A DNA stretch of 64,000 nt, taken from the NCBI GenBank assembly GCA_028689995.1, contig JAQVCB010000005.1:1367-65366 (forward strand). The letters are read 5' to 3'. Below the pieces are notes generated by a model that searched no databases, was not told where the DNA came from, and saw nothing but the letters and a program-made list of their open reading frames with translations. Shown here in pieces: positions 29,912 to 38,589 of this stretch. Both the position numbers and the translations under genes were made by a program. The DNA is from Candidatus Gastranaerophilales bacterium (GTDB taxonomy: Bacteria; Cyanobacteriota; Vampirovibrionia; Gastranaerophilales; UBA9579). Each line of letters starts with the position of its first letter. The stretch's first letter is position 1.

Positions 29912-30663
29912 AAAAAAGCTTGGATGTTTGGCAAGTAGAAGATTTTAGCGAAATAGGTTTGGCAAAAATTATAACTACTGATGATAAGCATTATTGGGTT
30001 GACACATCAGGAAAAGTTGTGTCCGAACAGGCAGCACATGTTCTGATTGCTGGAAATTACGAGAAATATGCTTTAGTTAATAAAGCAGGGGAAATTGTAG
30101 TGCCTTATGGTGTATATAATAACTTGGATTTTTCTATTATGGAAAACCAGTATGGAACAGCTTTTGTGGTAGAAAAAGAAGGTTCTATAGGATTAATAGA
30201 CGACAAGGGAAAAGAAATTGTACAGTTTGGTTATTATGATCATATTATTCAATCTTGCTACATAGGTTTACATGAAGGGTATATTTTGCCTTATGAATTT
30301 GGTAAAAACACGTATTTTGTAGCAAAAGATGGTTTTGGAAGATTAATTAATGATAAAGGTGAAAGAATTTATGATAAACGATGTCATACCGCAGAAGAGT
30401 TGTTGATGCAATTTGCAGTACCTGCAACTTATATCCCCTATCTAACCCCAAAGCGTGATGATGGGATGTACGGCTATGTTAACCAACAAAATGAACTAAT
30501 TATTCCTTATAAATTCATGTACGCCCGTGAATTTGAAAATGGTTTTGCAAAGGTCTCGGATTCCAAAAATATTGAAGATATTGACGAGTGCAAATGGTAT
30601 CATATCGATGAAACAGGCAAAAAACTTCATTATACAATTGAATATAATGAAACAGAGAAATAG
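29908..30663 (+). CDS. WG-containing-repeat (KWG-type) protein
   Basis: Recurring units such as YALVNKAGEIVVPYGVY, GLIDDKGKEIVQFGYY, RLINDKGERIYD, YGYVNQQNELIIPYKF. Confidence 0.65.
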   Translation: MKKSLDVWQVEDFSEIGLAKIITTDDKHYWVDTSGKVVSEQAAHVLIAGNYEKYALVNKAGEIVVPYGVYNNLDFSIMENQYGTAFVVEKEGSIGLIDDKGKEIVQFGYYDHIIQSCYIGLHEGYILPYEFGKNTYFVAKDGFGRLINDKGERIYDKRCHTAEELLMQFAVPATYIPYLTPKRDDGMYGYVNQQNELIIPYKFMYAREFENGFAKVSDSKNIEDIDECKWYHIDETGKKLHYTIEYNETEK

Positions 30664-30670
30664 AGTGAAA

Positions 30671-30982
30671 ATGAACAAAAACATTTTTATTTTAGGGATA
30701 ATATTTTTAATTTGCATCGTCATTCTTGTATTTATGAAAATTTTAAGCAGATATGAAAGTGAATCTGAAATCTCCGAAACTTCTATAAAGATTCCTCAAA
30801 ATTTGCCTAAAGATGTCGTTAATTTGGAAGAATATTTTAAACCTCCCTCTGATGAAGAAAGAATTATACAAAGCGGTTATTCCTTTGTTTATTCAAAATC
30901 TCAAAACAGGTGGCGTGAATATAAACCAAATACTATTTTATCTCCTGATGACATATTAGTTAGCAAAGGTTATTTCAAATAG
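30671..30982 (+). CDS. membrane-anchored small protein
   Basis: Start chosen at ATG 30671 inside track ORF 30527..30982. The N-terminus MNKNIFILGIIFLICIVILVF is a signal anchor, and the longer ORF overlaps the upstream gene. Confidence 0.45.
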   Translation: MNKNIFILGIIFLICIVILVFMKILSRYESESEISETSIKIPQNLPKDVVNLEEYFKPPSDEERIIQSGYSFVYSKSQNRWREYKPNTILSPDDILVSKGYFK

Positions 30983-31095
30983 GTAGATTCTTATTCAGAT
31001 ATTATTTAATTGGTGAAGGTTTAAGAATAGCCACAAAAGTTATAAAATCAGAGTTGGAGAATGAAGAATAACCTAGCTGATCGATGAATATTTTC

Positions 31096-31833
31096 TTAAA
31101 TTAATGTTTTAATTATTTCAGAAGTTATTGGCTTATTACAGATTTTAGAATATTCGATAATTTTGTCTAATATAGCTTTTAATCTTCTAGTATCGCTGTT
31201 TTCAAGCTCATAAAACAAATCAACATTTTCTTTTAGTGAATTTAATGTTGTTAAATCTTTGGTTAAACTTATTATTTGATTTTGAATAAAATTTTGAATA
31301 AATATTTTACTATTAATGGACTTTATTTCACAAACCAAACCACTTTCAAGGCGACTTATAAGTCTTTTAGTAAGGGTAGGAATGTTTTGGGGACGTCTGT
31401 CACTTGTTAAAATAATCTGTTTTCCTAAATCATAAAGGGTATTGATAGTATGAAAAAGCTCTTCCTGCGTAATTTCCTTTCCTTCGATAAACTGAATATC
31501 ATCGAGTAAAAGAACATCAATCTGGCGATAGCTCATTCTAAAAGCGTTCATTTTATCGTTTCTGATTGAATTAATCAGGTCATTCGTAAATATTTCTACA
31601 GTAGAATATAATACTTTTACTTCAGGGCTATTGTGTTTTATATAGTTACAAATTGCCTTTAATAAATGGGTTTTTCCTGTGCTTATATCTCCATAAATAA
31701 GTAATGGATTATTATTCTCTCTTGGATTTTTAGCTACTTCTTGAGCCATTAAATAACAAAATTCATTATTTTCATCTTTAATAAAATTCTCAAATGTATA
31801 ATTTTGATAAGAATTCATAGTAAATTTCTCCAT
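31096..31833 (-). CDS. DnaA domain III-only AAA+ ATPase (Hda-like architecture)
   Basis: NYTFENF, Walker A GDISTGKTHLL, Walker B LLLDDIQF and ILTSDRRP are colinear with DnaA domain III. At 245 aa it has no domains I-II and no DNA-binding domain IV. Confidence 0.8.
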   Translation of the reverse strand: MEKFTMNSYQNYTFENFIKDENNEFCYLMAQEVAKNPRENNNPLLIYGDISTGKTHLLKAICNYIKHNSPEVKVLYSTVEIFTNDLINSIRNDKMNAFRMSYRQIDVLLLDDIQFIEGKEITQEELFHTINTLYDLGKQIILTSDRRPQNIPTLTKRLISRLESGLVCEIKSINSKIFIQNFIQNQIISLTKDLTTLNSLKENVDLFYELENSDTRRLKAILDKIIEYSKICNKPITSEIIKTLI

Positions 31834-31869
31834 TATTAGTTTTTAATCCCATTATCTTGTTTTCTTGCT

Positions 31870-32088
31870 CTGGTAAGAACTGATGTTATTATCTCAAAGC
31901 GATATGACAAAAACGGGCGCATTAAACACAAAGACGGTACTGTTGAAGTTGAATTTTGTGCTAGTGAAATAAAAGCTATATGTTGGGAACTTTTTGAATA
32001 TGTAAAAATCTTAGAACCTCAGAGCCTAAAAGATCTTTATAATGAGGAATTGCAAAAGATACTTGATAATAACAGAAAACTAGCTTAA
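31870..32088 (+). pseudogene. 5'-truncated second WYL-regulator gene (C-terminal ~70 codons only)
   Basis: Reads ...KDGTVEVEFCASEIKAICWELFEYVKILEPQSLKDLYNEELQKILDNNRKLA*. This is colinear with the C-terminus of 26704..27786. The left limit is approximate. Confidence 0.6.
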
Positions 32089-32194
32089 ACTGTCGCTTCT
32101 CACAGCCCTTATATAGAAAAAGCAAAATTTTGACCCCTAAAGGGTATATAGAGAAGCACCTCGCCTCGTCAAATGACCTCCTCGTCGATATTTA
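32085..32194 (+). repeat. conserved non-coding tail of WYL gene, copy 2
   Basis: See 27783-27893. Confidence 0.85.
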
Positions 32195-32314
32195 AAGATT
32201 TCCGCAAATTCGCTAAAAACTCACAGGAAATTTAAAATATGGATAAGAAATTAATTTAGATATTAGTGTTCTTATATACCCATTTATGTCATGTGACTTT
32301 GATATGCTCTTGGC

Positions 32315-32677
32315 GTGAGAGTAAATATGAAAGGCACAAACATGAAAAGAAATCTTTTAGCATTAATGACTGTCGGAGTTTTGTTAGTAAATGGAGCTAT
32401 TGCACAAGCAGAAAGCATTGTTCCAATGCCCGAGTTTAGCATATATGCAAATAACTCTTTAAGCAGTTCCGTTTTTGGAACACATGCAGTAACTCAAAGA
32501 GGTTGTAAGGTAGGGAAATCAACTTGTAAAAGTTATCTGGGAATCGTTAAAACAGGTAGTTGTGGAGTAGGTGAATCCATGAAAGACGGAAATTTATCTG
32601 TTTTAAAATATGTCGATATTTATAGAACAGGTTGGTTTTTCAACAGAAAAACAACTGTTAATGCTTACGGTGATTAG
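32315..32677 (+). CDS. small secreted Cys-containing protein
   Basis: Signal peptide MKRNLLALMTVGVLLVNGAIAQA (likely start ATG 32342). Four Cys in the mature part. Confidence 0.5.
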   Translation: MRVNMKGTNMKRNLLALMTVGVLLVNGAIAQAESIVPMPEFSIYANNSLSSSVFGTHAVTQRGCKVGKSTCKSYLGIVKTGSCGVGESMKDGNLSVLKYVDIYRTGWFFNRKTTVNAYGD

Positions 32678-32750
32678 TAAATCCCAAATAATTCTCCAAA
32701 AAGCAGGGCTAATTTTTAAGTCAGTCCTGCTTTTATAATTATATAATTTC

Positions 32751-33323
32751 CTAGATGTAGATTTTTACATAATAATCTGATTTTTTTATTTGCTTATAAC
32801 CAGCCGTTTTAAAAACTTGTGCCATAAGCTTCTTCATAGTTTTATTTGTATCTTTTAAATCTATCCAATCTTTTTCTGTCGGGATTTGTGGTTTTAGATA
32901 AGTAATAAAGCATTTAATAGGGATATTTAAAAAGTAATGTAGAATTTTATCTAAGTTATTAAGCATAAAATTTCCAATGCCTTTATTCCGATATTCTGGA
33001 AATATATAAAAACGCTCGAGATAAGCAATATAGCCCTCATCATATGTAAAATAATCGCTGTTTACTAATTTATCTATTGCATTATATAAATCTTGATCAA
33101 TCATATCAGCAATATCAATAATATCTTCTTCATCTTCAGAAATTTGCTCATCATCCAAAATATACCCTGATATTTTAGCAACTTTATAATTTTCATCAGA
33201 AATATCCAGAAAGAATTTAAAAGCATACTTCCTAGATTCGCCAATATTTTCCTCAAAAGACCTCGATACATCGACATCTTCAAGAGTATTTTTATCTGTA
33301 TAAAAATCAAATTTTAAATTCAT
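32751..33323 (-). CDS. GNAT-family acetyltransferase-like protein
   Basis: FYIFPEYRNKGIGNFML resembles the acetyl-CoA binding motif A. Acidic insertion DDEQISEDEEDIIDIADMIDQD. Confidence 0.6.
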   Translation of the reverse strand: MNLKFDFYTDKNTLEDVDVSRSFEENIGESRKYAFKFFLDISDENYKVAKISGYILDDEQISEDEEDIIDIADMIDQDLYNAIDKLVNSDYFTYDEGYIAYLERFYIFPEYRNKGIGNFMLNNLDKILHYFLNIPIKCFITYLKPQIPTEKDWIDLKDTNKTMKKLMAQVFKTAGYKQIKKSDYYVKIYI

Positions 33324-33504
33324 AATTATAAACTAATGTTTTCTCGCTAAAAAATCAATCGGAAAATAGATTTTATTACTTAACTCATTCCAAAACTTAA
33401 TAAAATTAAGTTTTTTATAAATTGTTCTGATATAATTAACCTGTCGATTTTGATTATTATGGGAATTAAAATTGAGATACAAATTATAATTTGGAATATG
33501 ACAT

Positions 33505-35124
33505 ATGGATTTAAACTTTTATCTATTTAATGAAAATGTATGTGCATTTAGTAACTGTCTAAAAAAAGATAAAGACGGAAATATCATTGCTCAATTAATT
33601 AGCGATGAATCAGCTTCAGACTACCAAATATATTTCAATAGAAGTAATTCAAAAGCTCCTAAATGGTTTAAACTTATCAGTGATAAGGTAACTACAGATT
33701 CTGCTGCCCTTTGGACTCAATATAATTCAGCAGTAATACTTATAAAAGAAAATATTAACGAGAATGATGTTTATTTTGCAGTAACATTGGGTTTCGGATG
33801 TACTTTAATAGATAAAGATAAAATTGTTCCAAATTTTGGACTCAAAGTTGTATTAAACAGTGTAAAAGATAAAGGATTTAAGTCTATAGAATCAAAAGCT
33901 GTTGGAACAATGTCATTTCAAAAGCGGGAAGCTTCAAGCATGGTAACTCATATTAATGAATTTGATTTTAACAGTGCTACAGAAATTTTAAACAAGCTTG
34001 TTGGCATTCCAGAGAAGGAGGATGGCGAAGAAGAATCTTTTGCTAATAAAGTTATAGGTGGAGATAGTTGCAAAATAGTTTCAAAAGTTGAATTTGATGA
34101 TTTGAAAGTTAAGTGTCAAAAACTATATGAGATGTATAAATCACTTAAATATAAAGAAAAATATGGTTTTATTGACCATGTTAAACATATCAAGGATAAA
34201 GATTTAATTGATAAGTTAGAAGAAAATCTATATCAGTCACTTATTAATCGCCAGAATGATTTAAAAATATCAATTGCTTATCCTGATTTACTTGAAGAAG
34301 ATAGATGTTCCTATTTTGAGTTGGCAGGACATGGTGGAAAACAACTGGAATACTGCCTAACGATTGAAACAATTTATAATTACCTTAATGGAAAAGAACA
34401 AGATAAAGAAAAATATTTTAAAAAAATTAAAATTCAGCCTTATGATTCAGAAGGGACACCTTGCGCAGATAATAGAAGATTATATGACTATTTTGTATAT
34501 GAAACCCAGTTGGATAGAAATACTTATGTGCTGTCGACAGGAAAATGGTATGAAATAGATAATACTCACATACAGGAAGTAAACTCAGAAATTAGTAACT
34601 TTGTGACTATTTCTACATATCAGGAGTTAAGGCCATTTAAAAAAGAGGTTATTGCCGATAAAATCAAAATCGAAGCTGAAGAGATTTATAATTCTGATTT
34701 TGATGCTTCAAATAATTTTGTAGTTTTGGATCAAAAGCTTTACCATAATAGCAATGGAAAAATTGAAATAGCTGATTTATACTATATTCCTGATAAAAAG
34801 TTAATTCATATAAAGAAAAAGACTAACTCATCAACATTAAGCCATTTATTTTCACAAGGATATGTCTCTGCATACTTACTAAAAACTGAACAGGGCTGTA
34901 TTGACAAGTTAAATGAGTTAATAAGAGACAAATCAACTGAAATATATGATAAAAATACAATAAATGATCTAACAGTCATATATGCCATTGCTACAGAACG
35001 ATGTGAGAATAATATAATAGAGATTCTTCCTATCTTTAGTAAAATTAACCTTTTAAATTTTGCTAAAAACCTAACTAATGTGCTTGGATATAAAGTTGAA
35101 ATAACTCAAATTAACATAGGATAA
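33505..35124 (+). CDS. DUF6119 / TIGR04141-like sporadically distributed protein (assignment from memory)
   Basis: 539 aa with N-terminus MDLNFYLFNENV. C-terminal EIADLYYIPDKKLIHIKKK...LSHLFSQGYVS looks like a PD-(D/E)XK-type core. Confidence 0.4.
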   Translation: MDLNFYLFNENVCAFSNCLKKDKDGNIIAQLISDESASDYQIYFNRSNSKAPKWFKLISDKVTTDSAALWTQYNSAVILIKENINENDVYFAVTLGFGCTLIDKDKIVPNFGLKVVLNSVKDKGFKSIESKAVGTMSFQKREASSMVTHINEFDFNSATEILNKLVGIPEKEDGEEESFANKVIGGDSCKIVSKVEFDDLKVKCQKLYEMYKSLKYKEKYGFIDHVKHIKDKDLIDKLEENLYQSLINRQNDLKISIAYPDLLEEDRCSYFELAGHGGKQLEYCLTIETIYNYLNGKEQDKEKYFKKIKIQPYDSEGTPCADNRRLYDYFVYETQLDRNTYVLSTGKWYEIDNTHIQEVNSEISNFVTISTYQELRPFKKEVIADKIKIEAEEIYNSDFDASNNFVVLDQKLYHNSNGKIEIADLYYIPDKKLIHIKKKTNSSTLSHLFSQGYVSAYLLKTEQGCIDKLNELIRDKSTEIYDKNTINDLTVIYAIATERCENNIIEILPIFSKINLLNFAKNLTNVLGYKVEITQINIG

Positions 35125-35282
35125 CTGATTTAGTATTGTATTTTTCCTTAATACCTGAAAAATATTACTTTATTACTTTGAATAGGGTTTTGTCGATTAT
35201 ATAGAGTATGTTAGATATTCTTTAAGATGTTAAGATTTATTAAGTATTTAATAGATAAATTTATTATTTATTTGGTACTATT

Positions 35283-38054
35283 TTGTTCAAAAATCAGAAT
35301 GGAATCAATATGAGTGAAGAACTCCAATCAAAATACTTAAAAAAGAATAAAGTAGTCGGACAAAAGTTTGCAGAATATGAATATTTTCAAATAGGTGCTA
35401 CTACGTTTAATCAACTCAAAAAAGCGAAACTAATTCCTAGTAATTTTGCGAAAGAGCATAGTTCTTGTAAACCTGATCGCATTATTGTTGATAGGCAAAA
35501 TCTAACAAAACCAGTTGTTATAGCCGTAATAGAAGATAAGAAAACAGGAAAATTTCAAAATAAAACAGAAAAGCTAAAAGCTATCCAGCAATGTAATAAT
35601 TACTGCCAAGAGCTTGATGCAAAAATAGGAGTTATTACTGATGGACATGAAACAATTTGGATAAATCCCCAAGAAAAAAATAAAGATAATGAATATAAAG
35701 ATGAAATTCTAAATATAAAAAGAAGTTATTCGATTATAAAAAAGGAAGATGGTACGGATATTACTTATAGTTTTATTATCACTGAAAAACAGGATTTGAT
35801 AGATCTTGAAAAAATGGGTGATGAAACTAAAAATATTTATAAATTAATTAAAGAAATTATAAATAAATTAAATAATAAAAACTCTGTTCTAAAAGAGCCT
35901 AAAAAAGTTGATCCTTTACCTTTAGCTAAAAGAGTTTGGCAAGATATATGGGTTGCAACTGGAAAATCCCCTGAAAAATGTCTTTATAATGTTGTTGAAC
36001 TTTTTATTTTTAAATTTTTAAGTGATTTAGAAGTTTTACAAGAACCAGAAAATTTTGATTATTTATTTAAATTGTATGAAACAAGAGATAACAATTTTAT
36101 TTTAAATTATTATGCACGTAATTGTCGAAATAAAATACGAAATCTATTTCCAAAAAGTAAGGAAGACGGCACAACACTTATTAATGGGACCATTTTTGTA
36201 AATGAAAACGGCGATGCCAACCTTAGTCAATCAACTTTATTTAAGAATTCCATTAAAAAGTTCAAAGATTTTGAAAAAGAGTATGGAAAATTTAATCACA
36301 TAGATAAAGATTTTAAAACAAAATTATATGAATCATTCTTAAAACAAAGCGAAGGTTTGAAATCTTTAGGACAATACTTTACCCCTCGTAAAGTAGTACA
36401 ATCAATCATTGAAATGTCAGGTATCGAAGATTTAAAACAAGGGGCAAGGTTTTGTGACCCATTTTGTGGTGTAGGTGGATTTGTTTTAGAACCTATAAAC
36501 CTTTACAGAATGAATGATTTTAAACCTAAAAATGGTAAAATCAATCCACCAATTACATACTTGGGATTTGATAAGGGCTTTGAAAAAGATGAAGAAAGAA
36601 CAATTATCCTTGCAAAAGCTAATATGCTTTTATATTTATCCGAGATTATAAGCCAAAATAGCAATATAACAGAAAAATTTGCTGAAATTTTTAATCAAGT
36701 TTTCAGGCTTTGGAAATCAAATCTTGGCACTCTTGAAAAAATATACAATAAAGAGGAAGAAAAATTTGATTTAATTATCACAAATCCTCCATATGTTACT
36801 AGTGGTTCAAGCACAATCAAAAATGAAGTTGCCAATAATTCAGATCTAAGCAACTTTTATAAAGTTAATGCTGGTGGAGTAGAAGGACTAGCTTTAGAGT
36901 GGATTATTAGAAGCTTAAAGAAAAATGGTAAAGCTTTTGTGATCATTCCAGATGGCATACTAAACCGTCTAAATGATAAGAAAATTAGAAAATTTATATT
37001 GGATGAATGTTATTTAGAAGCTATTATCTCTTTACCTTGTAAGACTTTTTTTACTACACCCAAGAAAACTTATATATTAATAATCACTAAAAAGGAAGAT
37101 GTGGAAGATAAACAAGATTTTCCTGTATTTACTTATCTTATTAGTAGTATTGGTGAAACTTTAGATGTTAATCGATTTGAAATTTCAGATAATAATTTAA
37201 TAGAGGCTGTTGATTTATTTAATCAATTTAAAGGGATTAAAAAAAGCTCAAATTTGCAAAAAGTTCTAGAAAATCAGTCAAAAAGATGTAAAATTCAACC
37301 ACTATCTAAATTTGATCCTAATGAACATTGGTCTGTTGATAGATGGTGGAATAAAGAAGAAAAAATCGAACTTGGAATTGAAGAAGAAGATAAAGAAATT
37401 AATGCTGAAGAATTTTTTGATTTAATTGATGGTGCTATTAGTGAACTTAGCAATATGTCTAGTCAGCGAAAAGAATTATTAAAGAAAAAATCGGATGCAG
37501 AATCCACAATTAATTTTAAGACTATAAGCTTAAATGACGAAAGTTATTTTAAACTTGGAATAGGCAAAAGATTATTAAAAAAAGATTTATTCAATAATCA
37601 AAATAATCCTAAAGCCAATATTCCCGCATATAGTGCAAATGTTTTCAATCCTTTTGGGTATGTTGAAAAATCAAATATACAAAATTTTAAAAATCCTTAT
37701 ATCTTATGGGGAATAGATGGAAATTTTGATTTTGTCTTTAAAGCTCGTGGTGAAATTTTTGCGTCTACAGATCATTGTGGGACAATCGAAATCATAGATA
37801 AGAATATTTATCCAGAGTATCTATTATATGCCATTTATCTTAAAAAGTACGAATATGGATTTGATAGAGGATTAAGAGCTAGTCTGGAAAATATAAAAAA
37901 GATTAATATTGATATTCCAATTACAAAGGATAATATTTTTGACCTTAAGTTGCAGAAAGAACTAATTGACAGGAATTTAAAGATAATCTCTATTCAAAAA
38001 GACATTAAAAAACTAAGTGAAGAGATTGAAAAAGTGAAAGTTAGTTTTGATTAA
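35283..38054 (+). CDS. Type IIG-like fused restriction-methylase-specificity enzyme
   Basis: N-terminal KPDRIIVD...VIEDKK (PD..ExK). Gamma-class MTase motifs QYFTPR, DPFCGVGGF, IITNPPYV. The C-terminal ~200 aa resemble an HsdS-type target-recognition domain. Confidence 0.75.
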   Translation: MFKNQNGINMSEELQSKYLKKNKVVGQKFAEYEYFQIGATTFNQLKKAKLIPSNFAKEHSSCKPDRIIVDRQNLTKPVVIAVIEDKKTGKFQNKTEKLKAIQQCNNYCQELDAKIGVITDGHETIWINPQEKNKDNEYKDEILNIKRSYSIIKKEDGTDITYSFIITEKQDLIDLEKMGDETKNIYKLIKEIINKLNNKNSVLKEPKKVDPLPLAKRVWQDIWVATGKSPEKCLYNVVELFIFKFLSDLEVLQEPENFDYLFKLYETRDNNFILNYYARNCRNKIRNLFPKSKEDGTTLINGTIFVNENGDANLSQSTLFKNSIKKFKDFEKEYGKFNHIDKDFKTKLYESFLKQSEGLKSLGQYFTPRKVVQSIIEMSGIEDLKQGARFCDPFCGVGGFVLEPINLYRMNDFKPKNGKINPPITYLGFDKGFEKDEERTIILAKANMLLYLSEIISQNSNITEKFAEIFNQVFRLWKSNLGTLEKIYNKEEEKFDLIITNPPYVTSGSSTIKNEVANNSDLSNFYKVNAGGVEGLALEWIIRSLKKNGKAFVIIPDGILNRLNDKKIRKFILDECYLEAIISLPCKTFFTTPKKTYILIITKKEDVEDKQDFPVFTYLISSIGETLDVNRFEISDNNLIEAVDLFNQFKGIKKSSNLQKVLENQSKRCKIQPLSKFDPNEHWSVDRWWNKEEKIELGIEEEDKEINAEEFFDLIDGAISELSNMSSQRKELLKKKSDAESTINFKTISLNDESYFKLGIGKRLLKKDLFNNQNNPKANIPAYSANVFNPFGYVEKSNIQNFKNPYILWGIDGNFDFVFKARGEIFASTDHCGTIEIIDKNIYPEYLLYAIYLKKYEYGFDRGLRASLENIKKINIDIPITKDNIFDLKLQKELIDRNLKIISIQKDIKKLSEEIEKVKVSFD

Positions 38055-38110
38055 AGATTCACAAATTTTATTTTGCTAAAAATAGACTTGAAACAATTTT
38101 GAAACAATGA

Positions 38111-38150
38111 ACAAAAAATAAGAGACTTTCATTTCTTGAAAGTCTCTCTC
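38111..38150 (-). terminator. rho-independent terminator of tRNA-fMet
   Basis: Perfect 10-bp stem (38121-38130 with 38138-38147), followed on the minus strand by a U-run (plus-strand A-run 38113-38118). Confidence 0.7.
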
Positions 38151-38154
38151 TGAT

Positions 38155-38231
<77 letters not shown>

Positions 38232-38589
38232 ATATTAGTGCTTTGTGATTTTTATATTAAATCTGTGAAACTCTATTCACTATATTATCGCATAAAGATT
38301 AACATGCAAGTACTACCATTAGATTTGTTTGTAGACTTCAATATCGCCAAGCTCATTTTATATTCTTATCAAATTTCTAAACTAATATATTTTCACTAAT
38401 ATTTAGAAAACTAAATGAGTATTATAAGAGAAATTTCACCAATCTTCTTTACTTTTTATCTCTAAATACCCACTAAGTTTTTTTGCTTTGTTCTTTTAGA
38501 TGTCTATCCTCCTATAGAGCCTATTTCTTATATTTTGACTTATTGTTAAATAATACTTATAATATTTTTATAGGAAATAATAAAAATAT

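Larger units (their letters stand above)
15380..38152. mobile_element. integrative element B (~22.8 kb, primase/Int/Xis/ArdC; satellite- or IME-like)
   Basis: Bounded by a perfect 47-nt repeat. An identical 19-mer GAAACAATTTTGAAACAAT lies just inside both ends (15513-15531, 38090-38108). Confidence 0.7.

Noticed and set aside
30527-30670. N-terminal 48 codons of track ORF 30527..30982, and minus-strand ORF 30496..30723
   Set aside because: The extension overlaps the end of the WG-repeat gene in another frame. The internal ATG at 30671 gives a clean signal-anchor protein. The minus-strand ORF is antisense to both.
32751-33323. GNAT protein as a TacT/AtaT-like toxin of a TA pair
   Set aside because: No small RHH/HTH antitoxin ORF is adjacent on the same strand, so a TA role is unsupported.
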